A stretch of 50,584 nucleotides of DNA, the filler included, from Stramenopiles sp. TOSAG23-2 (Eukaryota): the NCBI GenBank assembly GCA_900128395.1. It is 2 parts of 2 records of this genome, joined end to end, with 100 filler letters (N's around TTAATTAATTAA, not from the genome) between each part and the next. Parts side by side here need not be neighbours in the genome. Positions count along the whole stretch, not along the records: positions 1 to 25,374 come from LT649454.1; 1 more part is not named here. One strand, written 5' to 3'. A model generated the notes under the pieces. That model had not been told where the DNA came from. It worked only from the letters and a program-made list of their open reading frames with translations, and searched no databases. Each line of letters begins with the position of its first letter. Position 1 is the stretch's first letter. Positions 1 through 11,560 of the stretch are shown in pieces. Position numbers and translations under genes: made by a program.

Positions 1-656
1 TTTGAACGTATAAGATCAATGATCTTTTGTTGAATTGGACTTTCATTATTATATTTATATGCACAGTCCAGGGGAGTGGATCCCCCGAACCTGGTCTTCT
101 TATTAATGCTAGTAAGAGACATATTAGTTAATAAGAAATCAATCAACTCAGTATTCTTTTTGTTATTACGTGCTGCCCAATGTAATGCATTCGATCCAGT
201 ACTACGTGCAATATTAGGATCAGCTTCACCTTGTTCAATCAAATATTTAACTATTTGAAAATGTTCGTATTTGGCAGCTACCATTAAAGGTGTCCTCTCA
301 TCACCATCACTATCTGTACCGACTTGATTCACGTATTCTTTTAATGTCATATTATTATCATTACCATTACTTCTATTAAAATCACGGCCTGTAATTAATA
401 ATTTCACATCCTCAAAACGTCCTTTTTCACATGCACATACTAATGGTATACCTTTTGGATATACTTCTTTGTATTTCTTGTATAAATTTTTTATGATTGT
501 TTCATCAATTGGTGGTGCTTTTTTTTTGTCATCACCGCCGTTGTTGTTATCGTTCCTCTTGTTATCTAACACTTCAGTAATACTTTTACTGTTAGTTTGA
601 TTTTCAACATGGGCTTGTTGTTCCAATTTCATTTCGGCTGTCACTAAACTAGACAT
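1..656 (-). CDS. Ankyrin-repeat protein (3' end runs off the window; absent from the ORF track)
   Basis: Manual translation from ATG at 656 is open to position 1: MSSLVTAEMK...YKKYKEVYPKGIPLVCACEKGRFEDVKLL...RTPLMVAAKYEHFQIVKYLIEQGEADPN...GSNALHWAARNN...GSTPLDCA. These are ankyrin TPLxxAA/ALHxAA motifs. Confidence 0.88.
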   Translation of the reverse strand, partial: MSSLVTAEMKLEQQAHVENQTNSKSITEVLDNKRNDNNNGGDDKKKAPPIDETIIKNLYKKYKEVYPKGIPLVCACEKGRFEDVKLLITGRDFNRSNGNDNNMTLKEYVNQVGTDSDGDERTPLMVAAKYEHFQIVKYLIEQGEADPNIARSTGSNALHWAARNNKKNTELIDFLLTNMSLTSINKKTRFGGSTPLDCAYKYNNESPIQQKIIDLIRS

Positions 657-972
657 TTTTAATTTTTTTTAAATCTTATATATATAAATTAGTTCAAGTC
701 TAAAACTGATATAGTTACACCTATATATTACAAGAATATATGTATTAGTAAAAACTATAATATCATATACTATTCAAATAATTCATTACAATATATCACG
801 ACCGACAGGAGGCATAGGAGAGGAGGAGTACAGAATATATATGATGAAATATCTTTTCTTATTATTTTTACCCTCTTTTTATTTTCCCTTCAAATTTTCC
901 AGCAGTGGTGCATATGCACCATGCACCACCACAGGTTTTAAGCGGCTGCCAGGGCTGCACTTATATACTCTA

Positions 973-999
973 ACTCTGGACACCAGAGATTTTCCTTGC
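973..999 (+). repeat. Dispersed 27-bp hairpin-containing repeat, copy 1 (copy 2 inverted at 35972-35998)
   Basis: ACTCTGGACACCAGAGATTTTCCTTGC versus the reverse complement of 35972-35998, ACTCTGGACACCAGAGATTTTTCTTGC: 26/27 identical. Confidence 0.75.
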
Positions 1000-1537
1000 T
1001 TTGTATTTAATATTATTACATTACAATACAAATAACAAAGATTATGTAATACACTTTAATTATTAAAAGCTACATCTTTTAACACACCTACTCGTTAATC
1101 CGAATATTAACCATGTTAGCATTGGACACATACTAACACCACTTCATATTAATTATGAAAACAGGAAACATACCTTAGTATAAATAGTATAATGAATATC
1201 CACTTTATGTCCATATTCACTTTATGCCCATTGTTTTCGTGAAATTTGGCCTTCTTTATGCAGTTTCGTACGTATAGTAATTACTATATATATATAAAGT
1301 TTATCTGGGTAATATATCCTCTCTTAAACCATAAACCGTCATTTATTAACAAAAAATTCGTAAAATTTTTATATCATACGCAGAAAGGTGTATGATATCA
1401 TATGATATGATATATATATATTATATATATATATATGATATGTGTGTATATATAATGTTTTCAAAAAAAAATATACAAAATGTATGCACAAATTACACAA
1501 GCGCCACACATGATTTACTGATTTACATATGATATAT

Positions 1538-2230
1538 TTATGATATGGTACAACAACCACCACCTTTTGGAACTTGTGGCTCTTCCTCTTTTTCTTGCCG
1601 TGGTTGTTGAGTATTCCTAGTGCTATTTATTGCTGGTGATGAGGTTATCTCTTTTGGCATTGTTTTTGTAACAGTTTTGTTGTCTGTTTTAGCAGTTTCA
1701 CATTTAACTTTGTTAGCTGGTGTATTTTCCTTTACAATCAATGGCAAAACACCGATACCAGAATCAGTTGCATTTTTAGCCTGATTTAATTTCTCTTCAA
1801 TAAGTTTCTTATCGATTGGAACAACTGTTTTCTTTTTTTCTTCTTTTTCTGCTGCTTTTTTTTGTTGAATTTTTATTGAATTGTCTTTTTTCTCCTCAAC
1901 AACATTAATGTCTGTAGTTACTTTCTCCTCCACTTTTGTCACAGTAGCATCACTAGATTCTGTTGTCGAGACAACATTTTGTGCAATTAAATTTACATCG
2001 ATATCGATATCTTTTGCCATTAATGGATGCTTAGAATATAATTTAAGTTTTTGGGTTTCACTTGTAGCGATATTTATATTTTGTTTTCCATTATTATTAT
2101 TATTATTATTCTCATTTTTATTATTATTTTGAATTAATGCTGACCATGAATAAATAGTATGTCCCAGTGGTATTGTATTTTCATCCGTTCCACACCATGA
2201 ATAATTCGTATGTCCTAATGGCGAGCTCAT
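1538..2230 (-). CDS. Low-complexity protein with duplicated PLGHTxYSW motif and C-terminal CaaX (CCTIS)
   Basis: 230-aa ATG ORF, Lys/Glu/Thr-rich, ending GGGCCTIS, a prenylation-type C-terminus. Confidence 0.75.
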   Translation of the reverse strand: MSSPLGHTNYSWCGTDENTIPLGHTIYSWSALIQNNNKNENNNNNNNGKQNINIATSETQKLKLYSKHPLMAKDIDIDVNLIAQNVVSTTESSDATVTKVEEKVTTDINVVEEKKDNSIKIQQKKAAEKEEKKKTVVPIDKKLIEEKLNQAKNATDSGIGVLPLIVKENTPANKVKCETAKTDNKTVTKTMPKEITSSPAINSTRNTQQPRQEKEEEPQVPKGGGCCTIS

Positions 2231-2776
2231 TTTGATTGTAACAACCTATATTAAAAAATATACAACAGAGAAATTGTTTTTTGATGAAATAATATGATGG
2301 AGGAAAAATTTGAACAACGTGGTAACAACAAACCAATATTTAATATTTTGAATTTTCGTTTTGATTTGATTTTTTTAATGATGATATTATTTGTGGTCTT
2401 TTTTCTCTATAAAAAATAAAAAAAAAAGATCTTTTTTTTTGCATCAGGTTATAAGGTCAAAATTCCCTGCGATAATATTAAGGTATTTATACCCCATCAA
2501 AATAAAAAAATCCGATCATCCGAAAATTCGATTGAAAAAATTTAATAATAATAAATTGAAAATATTTTAAAATATATATATACAAATTGTTTTTTTTCAT
2601 CTACAGTATAGTAGTAAGAAATCGTAATAATATAACTTTTTGTGTGTGTATTTGAAGTAGTAGCAAATATCTCTATAAATTGATTTTGTAAATTATCAAT
2701 CGATACATACATAACGATTTTTTTTGACCCTTGATTGATTTATTTCATTTTTTTTTTGTGTGTTTTTACATTTAAA

Positions 2777-4255
2777 ATGAGCGTTGCAAAACATATCTCG
2801 AAATTACGCGTTTTTGTATGGGGTGATTCGAAAATTGGATCATTAGGTGGTAAAGGAATAAAAAAATATAATATAAATAAACCATTAATTTTTGACATAC
2901 CCAATCCTTCCGCTGTTGCGGCTGGTTGGTCACATAATGGTATCTTGTCATCAGATGGGCTTAGCTATGTATTAGGCAGAACACATGATATCAAAAACGT
3001 TTTTTACATCTCTAGAATGTTTCGTCTAACTTGTCGTTTATTACGTGTTTGGAATAGTATTGAAAGTCCTACTCCACGATATTTAACTTTTCCAGAGGAT
3101 CATTTACCAAAAGATGATCCAATCATATCCATGGATGCATCTGCTTGTTTAACTGGTATAGTAACTGAATCTGGAAAAGCATTTTTGTATGGTGATAATC
3201 GACATGGTCAATGTGGAAATGGTGAACCATGTGAACGTGTATGGGATCCATCCCCATTAGTTGGTGTTCGTGAGGAAGACCGGATAGAAAGTATAGCACT
3301 TGGTTTTTCACATGGTTTAGCGATGACACGTGGTGGAGCAGTTTATGCATGGGGGAAGGGGGAAAGAGGTCAATTAGGAATTAAAGGTGCACAAAGTTCA
3401 GAGTTTGCAAAAATTATACCAGCATTTGATCATGAACGTGAATTGCCAAAGGTGAAACAATTACCAGCAGAAACAATGATGCGAATTGGTGGTGGTGAAC
3501 ATAATAATAATATGCAAGCACAAATTGGAGATGGGGATAATAATAGTTATAATATAGCAGCAGATACTTTGCTTGATAATTTAGGCGATAATAATGAAAA
3601 AAATGTACAAAAAAGCAACTTAATTGCACAAAGGAAATATGCACAATTGGATAAATCAAATATTAATGATGATTCATTTCGTTTAGAAGATGAATCATTT
3701 CATGCCATGAAAATAGAATGTGGATTGAATCACAGTGCATGTGTAACTAGTAAAGGAGATTTATTACTATGGGGTAAATATTGTTCATCTAAAATCGATG
3801 AAGAAGGAAAACAAAATAAAATGGAAGATCAATTTGTTCCACGAAAATTAAATTTAACATCAAAAGCATTAGATGTTGCATGTGGTCAATTTCATACAAC
3901 GGCATTAACGGCAGACGGTTCATTATGGATTTGTGGTTTTCAAACTGCTGAAATTGCAAAAAGACGTGCATTGGCAAATGAAGAAGAATATGATGAATTA
4001 GATCTTTTATCAAGATTTATACCACAACCAGAACGTGTTGATATAGAAAGTTCACAATTATTTCATACAGATGGTGAAGAAATTGTGAAAATAAAAGCTG
4101 GTTGGGGAACAAATGTTGCTATTACAAATCAAGGCAATGTATATGAATATGATTGGGATGAACCTCCAAGGCGTATGAAAGGATTGGAAAATATTTTTGT
4201 ACATGATATTGGATTAGGGTGGCAACATACAATTGTTATAGGTGAGGAACGGTGA
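2777..4255 (+). CDS. RCC1-repeat (beta-propeller) protein
   Basis: Repeated RCC1 signatures: VFVWGD, VAAGWSH, YGDNRHGQCG, IALGFSHGLA..GAVYAWGKGERGQLG, IECGLNHSA, VACGQFHT. First ATG at 2777. Confidence 0.9.
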   Translation: MSVAKHISKLRVFVWGDSKIGSLGGKGIKKYNINKPLIFDIPNPSAVAAGWSHNGILSSDGLSYVLGRTHDIKNVFYISRMFRLTCRLLRVWNSIESPTPRYLTFPEDHLPKDDPIISMDASACLTGIVTESGKAFLYGDNRHGQCGNGEPCERVWDPSPLVGVREEDRIESIALGFSHGLAMTRGGAVYAWGKGERGQLGIKGAQSSEFAKIIPAFDHERELPKVKQLPAETMMRIGGGEHNNNMQAQIGDGDNNSYNIAADTLLDNLGDNNEKNVQKSNLIAQRKYAQLDKSNINDDSFRLEDESFHAMKIECGLNHSACVTSKGDLLLWGKYCSSKIDEEGKQNKMEDQFVPRKLNLTSKALDVACGQFHTTALTADGSLWICGFQTAEIAKRRALANEEEYDELDLLSRFIPQPERVDIESSQLFHTDGEEIVKIKAGWGTNVAITNQGNVYEYDWDEPPRRMKGLENIFVHDIGLGWQHTIVIGEER

Positions 4256-4477
4256 TGATGTGATGATGGCGAGATGAGATGAGATGCGCACGTGTTTCTT
4301 TTTATATATATAATTTACGCATAATTTATATATTTCACAAAAATGTGCGTTTATGTGTGCACATATTTGTTTCACGTAGGTCGCGTAGGTGCATAGGATT
4401 TTATGTATAACAATATAAATATTAAAATATTACACTCCTTGAAACTGGATACACGATATGACAATTTTACTTTTCCA

Positions 4478-5682
4478 TCACTTTGGACATCCAGGCCGCG
4501 GTGACAATTGATACCACGTCTTCATGAAAAGATCAAATGCAAAATCAAATTCCACATCCAACAAACTACCTTTCTTCGCTTTTTGCCCTTTACCTTTAAT
4601 GCTTTCAAGCATTCGTTGTACATTTGGATTTGAAAGGTTTTGTTTAAATACATCTGTTAAAGCTTTCAAGCAACTATTTAATTTAATTAAACACGGATCA
4701 TCATCCATGCGTTCTTCAATCGCATCTGGTGGAAATACTCGTTGTAATACATATAGAAAAACATCAATAGCATTTTTATCATATTCCACATCCATTTCTT
4801 CCATACCTTCATGTTTTTGAACTTTCCAACCCATCAATGTGCCAAACCATTTTACACGTATACTTTTCTTCGATTGGACTTTTACTCCTTGTTCTAATTC
4901 ATAATTTTTTTTACCTGCTAATGCAGCAATACCAAACATTTGCGTGAAAAAATCTTCACAAAATTCAGGCAATGTATCCCGATCTTTACCAGATGCATCG
5001 TCTACTGAATCTGCTTTTACTTTTTTTTCATACATACATGCAATATAATCGAGTACTTTTGCTAATGTTAATTTCACTTTCGATTTATATATTCTTTTCT
5101 TCTTTTTTTTCTTTTTCACTGGTGGCACTTCTTCATTTTTCTTTTCTTCCACTTTCTTTGGAGATGGCTATCATTATTTTTATCATTCGTAATTGCATTC
5201 GATGATAAACTATTGGTTAAAAGTACGTCTTCTTCATCGCTTACTTCTTTTTTTGTTTCCTTGATAATTTGATCGTCAGCATCATCGATTTTTTTAAACG
5301 TAGGTGAATACAATTGCACTTTTTTACGAACACGTGATGTATTTGTTTCAAATTTATTTTGGCGTTCGATATTTTGGCGTTCGATTTCATTAACATAAAT
5401 TTGCTTCGCTACACGATATTCTTTCATATTTTTTTGATATTGTGTCGTGTATGGCAATTTTTCGTCATCTGATAACATTTTCCAACGATGACGAATTTCG
5501 AGCATGATATCGGTCTTACTCATATTTGGCTTTTCTTTTTTTGCAATCGGTAGCATCGTTTTCAAATACAAAAAATATTTGTTACATGGTATTTTCGGAG
5601 GTTGTAATGTGGCATAATTTTTCAAAACTTGATGTTGTTTTTCATAAGAAATTGTTGTTGATTTTGTTGATTGTTTTACCAT
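4478..5682 (-). CDS. HMG-box protein probably joined (putative intron 5168-5244) to a TSNAXIP1-like helical domain
   Basis: 5682 ORF has HMG-box residues PPKIPCNKYFLY...IRHRWKMLSDDEKLPY. The second ORF (MYEKKVKADSVDD...LPEFCEDFFTQMFG) lacks an ATG start. A GTAAGC...ATAG intron of 77 nt joins the two in phase 0. Confidence 0.6.
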
Positions 5683-6361
5683 CTTTATACTTTTTGTTTT
5701 TCAATATGTTTCGGTTTTCTGATATTTTTGTTTTTCTTCTGTTGATACAATATACACGCGGGTTTGATGAATTGTATTATCTTAAAAAAAATGTTTTTGA
5801 ATGCATCTGTATGTATATATATATATCACATCTATCATTTTCTATTTCTATGGGTCGTCTCATAATTCAAAAATCAAAAAAAAAATGTTTTTTTGTTTTC
5901 TTCGTCAAAATGTGTACATTCGTTAAGGTATATATTAAAGGTACTGTACCAGCTGTAGAGAAAGAGTCTACGACGCAGACTATACCGGTATAGCTGCTAT
6001 ACTGAGATAGAACGTTAAGGTAAAATCATCCATCAATTTTAATAAATAATAATTTAAATTTTGGCCAACTTCCAATGTGCAAATATTAATATATATGACA
6101 TTTATAAATTAATAATTATAAATGTAGACAGGGGAGAGAGATATTTACAATTCCTTTCATCTCTCTCTCTATATATATATATATATTATATCTTTTTATT
6201 TATATTTTTTGTTCTTCTTTCAATTATATCACATTAATATAATAGTAGAAAAAAAAAATCAAGACGAATACATATAATATATATTATCTCTTTTTATTTA
6301 TTTTTTGTTCTTCTTTCAATTATTATATCTCATTAATATAATAGTAAATAAAAAAAAAATT

Positions 6362-9184
6362 ATGAGTAAACAAAATGCACGTACACCATTATTATCAAAC
6401 CCTGGAAGTTTACCTGGAATATCAGAAGTTGGAAATGATAATATGACCACTAATTTATTACAAGAAGTAAACAACGTAGATAGTAATTCTTATGGCAGTA
6501 GCGGCGGTGAATCATCCAATGATACGCCAAGTACTGAACCGACGAAAAATAAATTAGGAGCTTTAAATGGTGTGTTTATACCATGTTGTTTAAATATTAT
6601 GGGTATTATATTATTTCTAAGAATGGGATGGGGTGTAGGACAAGCTGGTATATTAGGTACTATTGCTATATTAGCAGTTGCTGAAACAATGGCTTTATTA
6701 ACAGTATTGTCTTTCTCTGCTATTGTTACAAATGGAAACATGGCGGGGGGTGGCTCGTATTTCATGATATCTAGAAGTTTAGGCCCTGAATTTGGTGGTG
6801 CTATTGGCATTTTATTTTATTTTGCATATGCAGTTGGTGTTAGTTTTTATGTTGTTGGTTTTGCAACGGAAGTTCAAAGTACATTTTATCCAGATCACGA
6901 TCCATTAACTGTTGTACGTATTGTTGGTACATTAGGATTATTTGCAGCCCTTATTATATCATGGATTGGTGCAGAGGCATTTGCTAAATTTAATACGTGG
7001 TTTTTCGTTTTACAATATGGTGCAATTGTATGGAGCATCATGTCTATTTTAAGCACAAAGAAATTAACAATGGAACGTTTGAATAATAATTTATTTCCTG
7101 AATTTACAGATACAATGGATGGTACGAAAGAAGTAAATAGCATGTGCAGTGGTGGGATGTGCAATGTACAATACGTATTTGCTATTTTATTCCCTGCTGC
7201 TACTGGCATCATGGAAGGGGCTAATTTAAGTGGTGATTTGAAAAATCCATCAAAAGCAATACCAAAAGGAACTATATTAGCTGTAATGGCAGCAATTGTA
7301 ACATATTTAGTGTTGATATTTACATTAGCATCTGGTTTTGAGCGAAAAGAATTAAGAACATCAATGACTGTAATGCAAGATGCCGCGTTAATATCACCAT
7401 ATATAGTCGTTTCAGGCATATTAATAAGCGCACTTTCAAGTGCATTGGGAAGTTTATTTGGCGGTAGCCGTGTTTTGCAAGCTATTGCACGAGATAATTT
7501 GTTTCCCGGCCTGGCATATTTTGGCAAAGGTACAGCACATGGGGATGAACCAAGACGTGCCGTTTTTTTGACTTGGATAATTGCACAATGTTGTGTATTA
7601 GTTGGTAATTTAGATATTTTAGCTCCTGTAATCACCTCGTTCTTTTTAATATCATATGCATTATGCAATTTAACTGCATTTTCATTAAGTGTAACTGGGG
7701 CACCAAATTTTAGACCGACATTTCGGTATTTTTCGTGGCATTTATCATTACTTGGTTTTATCTTGTGTTTCGGCGTAATGTTTTATTTAGACGCATTGAA
7801 TGCAACAGTAGCCCTTGTATTGCTTATTGGAATTACTATTTTCTTATGGTTTCGCCACCCTGCTACGAATTGGGGTGATGTCAGTCAAGCATTAATGTAC
7901 CACCAAGTTAGAAAATATTTATTACGTTTAGATGTAGATGCAGTAGAACATAGTAAATTTTGGAGACCTTCGATATTATTATTTGTTGATGATATGAGGA
8001 CTGATTTAATTGATTTTTGTAGAACATTGAAGAAAGGTGGCCTATTAGTTCTAGGCAATGTACTTGTTGGTGAATTAGTGGATCTTGGAGAACAAAGCAT
8101 TGAAATGAGGAAAAATTGGCTATCGTTTATACAAAAACGATCGATTAAAGCATTTCCACAAGTAACCGTAGCACCATCTTTACGTGTTGGGTATCAATTT
8201 TTAATGCAAGGTAGTGGTCTTGGTGGTTTAAGATGCAATACCATCTCGTTACCTTTTTACAACGTAGTTCGTGTGAAAGAATTATCCCAACGTGATTCTG
8301 TACGTAATTTAAAAGGTCCACGATCACCATCATTTTATAAAGATGTTGGCCGTGTTTTAAAAGAAGGCGACGAGCCTACAAGAAAAGTTATAAGGAGCTC
8401 AAGCGATATTGATGATAGTTTAGATGCTTTTGAAATGGGTGAAACTAAATTATTCAATAACAATAGTAGTAAACGTTCTTCAAACCATCATAGGCATAAA
8501 AGTGATCAATTAAGAAAAGTGACCGGGGATATTCCTGTTAGGGATTCTGGGGAATATGTTGGTATTATTTATGATGCATTGATGTTGGAAAAAAATGTAT
8601 TGATATGTAGAAACTTTCGTGACTGGTCGAAAGTAACAGTTCGGGGTAAAAAATATATTGATGTATGGTTTGAGGACGATTGGAATGGGTCCCATAATGA
8701 TGATAAAGCGTTGATGCTGCAATTAGCAACCATTTTGACGTTAAAAAGTACATTGAAATCAAAAGTTGCCATACGCATTTTTAGACTTTTAAATGGTATA
8801 GATGATGATAATGATGATCAAATACAGAAAACGTTGGAAAATCAATTATCATTAGCACGTATACCAGTATCAAAAGTAAAGCTTGTTCGAATGCTTGGAG
8901 AAAATCAAAATCGTGCTGTCGTTAAAGGTACAAAGGAATATGAAGTAGCATTTCATGAATTGTTATTGTTATATTCCAACGAGGATACGTCTGTAATATT
9001 TCTTTCTTTGCCTTCATTACCATCTAAAATCATGCGTAAAGCATATGCACGAGGACGTGATCAAGACGATGCAATACGGGCAGGGGATGCATATTTAAGT
9101 TCATTAGAACGCCTTACCGATAATTTATCCGTCGCATTAGTACGAGCTGGTGAAAAAGCAGATATGATTAGTACATCTATTTGA
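6362..9184 (+). CDS. SLC12 cation-chloride cotransporter family protein (SLC12A9/CCC-like)
   Basis: LGALNGVFIPCCLNIMGIILFLR, GGGSYFMISRSLGPEFGGAIG, FPAATGIMEGANLSGDLKNPSKAIPKGT, APNFRPTFRYFSW, NWGDVSQALMYHQVRKYLLRL; about 12 TM segments. Confidence 0.95.
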   Translation: MSKQNARTPLLSNPGSLPGISEVGNDNMTTNLLQEVNNVDSNSYGSSGGESSNDTPSTEPTKNKLGALNGVFIPCCLNIMGIILFLRMGWGVGQAGILGTIAILAVAETMALLTVLSFSAIVTNGNMAGGGSYFMISRSLGPEFGGAIGILFYFAYAVGVSFYVVGFATEVQSTFYPDHDPLTVVRIVGTLGLFAALIISWIGAEAFAKFNTWFFVLQYGAIVWSIMSILSTKKLTMERLNNNLFPEFTDTMDGTKEVNSMCSGGMCNVQYVFAILFPAATGIMEGANLSGDLKNPSKAIPKGTILAVMAAIVTYLVLIFTLASGFERKELRTSMTVMQDAALISPYIVVSGILISALSSALGSLFGGSRVLQAIARDNLFPGLAYFGKGTAHGDEPRRAVFLTWIIAQCCVLVGNLDILAPVITSFFLISYALCNLTAFSLSVTGAPNFRPTFRYFSWHLSLLGFILCFGVMFYLDALNATVALVLLIGITIFLWFRHPATNWGDVSQALMYHQVRKYLLRLDVDAVEHSKFWRPSILLFVDDMRTDLIDFCRTLKKGGLLVLGNVLVGELVDLGEQSIEMRKNWLSFIQKRSIKAFPQVTVAPSLRVGYQFLMQGSGLGGLRCNTISLPFYNVVRVKELSQRDSVRNLKGPRSPSFYKDVGRVLKEGDEPTRKVIRSSSDIDDSLDAFEMGETKLFNNNSSKRSSNHHRHKSDQLRKVTGDIPVRDSGEYVGIIYDALMLEKNVLICRNFRDWSKVTVRGKKYIDVWFEDDWNGSHNDDKALMLQLATILTLKSTLKSKVAIRIFRLLNGIDDDNDDQIQKTLENQLSLARIPVSKVKLVRMLGENQNRAVVKGTKEYEVAFHELLLLYSNEDTSVIFLSLPSLPSKIMRKAYARGRDQDDAIRAGDAYLSSLERLTDNLSVALVRAGEKADMISTSI

Positions 9185-9467
9185 TTTTTGCTGTTGTGTG
9201 TGTGTATAAACGTATAAACATATATAAATATTGCTATATTCCTAATTTTCCCAAACCTTTTTACAAAAAAATTAAAAAAATCAAAAAGTGCCGAAGTTGC
9301 AAGTATTTATCTGTCCTACTGTCCTACTTAATATATATATAGAGTTTTATATTTTTACCAACTCGTACATTGTGTGTGAAAAATAAAACAAAAACATATA
9401 TATACACGAGTCAATTCATTCTGTGCAAACTATTATTATAATTCATAATTTTTAAACTTGAAAAAAC

Positions 9468-10034
9468 ATGAAAGCACCAACGGAGGCACAACGAAAACGA
9501 GGTTTGACCGCAAGGAAAGTAGTAGAAGCATTTGGAAATTGCGATGAATTAGCTAAAATGTATTGTAAACATGTTACTTGGAGATTGAATCATAGTTTGG
9601 CCCCAAATGTTAAAGGCCCGCACGTAGGAAAGGAAAAAGTAATGGCGTTTAATTTTGCTGTCTTCAATAAATTTTATAAAACTGGTACTACAGAAGTCGA
9701 AATTCTAGATTCAGTTGGAAATGAAGCATCTTCCGTATGTCGTTTTAATATGAAAGCTACGAAGCCAAATGGAAAACCATATTATGTCGAATATGTATTG
9801 TTTTGCAAAACTTGCGTTAATAGTGGCCTTGTTACGGAAATCGTTGAACTTTTAGATACACAGTAAGTTATCTTTAAAAAATACTCTTTTCCCCAAATTC
9901 CACAAGACATTGTTTGTTCTAACATTGTATAAAATACATTAACAATACCAATATATATCATTTCTAATAGTGCATCTAATGAACAACATGCTGGAAATAG
10001 TAATGTCGGTGTTCCACCACCAGCAAAATTGTAA
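9468..10034 (+). CDS. SnoaL-like/NTF2-fold protein with PTS1 (AKL); exons 9468-9862 and 9971-10034
   Basis: NTF2-like pattern (VTWRL...GPHVGKEKV...NGKPYYVEY...GLVTEIVELLDT). Intron GTAAGT(9863)...TAG(9970) gives ...LDTHASNEQHAGNSNVGVPPPAKL*. Confidence 0.8.
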
Positions 10035-10526
10035 ATACTATATTAATGTGAAAGTGGATTAAATGGCAAAGAGAGATTTTTTGGGGGATGTAGTTCACTC
10101 TGTTTTGACTTTTTAAACGCACACAATCCAGGACGAATATCATTGTACATATACGTAATACGTAATATCATAATCAAATGTTTTAAAATATTTGTATTTT
10201 ATATATATATATTACGAGTATAAGATTCTTTTATAATTTTATATTATTTATTATTAACACCTCTCACCTCTCTCTTCTCTCTTCCTTGTATGTTACTCTA
10301 AAACACATTACGAAATATTGTTTTACACCACTGGAGATATGTATATGTGTGTAATTTTTTTGACTGAAACACCCCGACGCACATCGCTCCTTTACCGTAC
10401 ATCTACACTTACATAGATGTTATAAATGTTGCAGGGCCTAATATGTATAATATATATATATATATATATATATAAGATAACAGTTATAACAATAACACAT
10501 ATATCCCTTTTCTTTGTGTTGTCTGT

Positions 10527-11560
10527 TTAATCTTTTTTCACTGTTTTTTTATTTGATGATTTTTTCGCTTTTGTCCAGCATGGGCAATAACGATCTACTG
10601 CAAAAAATACAAATAAAGCAAAATAAGACATGTACATAACAAGTCCAGCTGTCCAATTTTCCCATGTAACACTGCAAGATGCATCACGTGTTTTATAAAC
10701 GTATGTCCAAAAACATATCTGTATATAATATAAATATTTAATAAGTTAGTATATCTTTATTTATGTATAAAATGTGTGTGTATTGATAGATCGATAGATA
10801 TATGTGTATTTTATATACATACCATTACGCCAACAAACATTTGTGAAATTTGAATAATGGTAACAAAAAAAGCCCATTTTGGTCGATAACCAAGCCCAGT
10901 AAGGAAATAATAAAAGTACATAATTGCATGTACAGTGTAATTCATTGAGATAAACCAAAGTCCAGCTGCATTTCTTGTGCCATATGAATGCCAACAATAT
11001 AATAATACAGTTACATGATGGTACCAATGTAAAAATATTAATTTTTTTTTGCCTAATACAATAAATGCAGTATCAAATAATTCAGGTATTTTGGAAAATA
11101 TAAATAACATAGTCCATAAACCTGATGCACCTAAACCATAATCACGTGCAGCAGGATAACACACAGTATACTCAAAGCCTTTCGTGTACATGTTTTTCAT
11201 CAAATGTGGCACCGTGCGCATTGATCCACAGAAACTGAAGACACTCAAACCAAGATTCCACCATTTCCAAGCTTCTTTTACGTTGTAGCCTTTCACGTTT
11301 TCTCCACTTAACATATATTTAATGGTAAATATTGCTATGACATATACGGTGACTATTACATATGCAATATTCATGTTTTCACCTGCCCAAGATGATCCAG
11401 GACCACCATAACCAAACCCATTTTCACTTTCGAATGGGTACAGAGCTTTCGTTGCAGGAAATACATGAAAAAGTTGTTCTAATTGTTCCCCTTGATAATT
11501 ATAACCTGGTTTAGGCAATACGTCCCAATTATAAAATTCGGTATCAGGTGGATATGGCAT
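10527..11560 (-). CDS. ELO/GNS1-SUR4 fatty acid elongase (ELOVL6-like); intron 10719-10822
   Basis: SKIPELFDT, FLHWYHH, MNYTVHAIMYFYY, TIIQISQM. After a GTATGT...CAG intron it continues ICFW...MYMSYFALFVFF...KKTVKKD* (dilysine-type ER tail). Confidence 0.93.

Noticed and set aside
906-921. 16-bp perfect palindrome TGGTGCATATGCACCA
   Set aside because: Single occurrence with no supporting context.
6490-8778. Long antisense ORFs within the SLC12 gene (likewise within Trm11, SMS-like, MTG1 and GxGYxYP genes)
   Set aside because: Shadow frames of well-supported genes, with no recognisable motifs.
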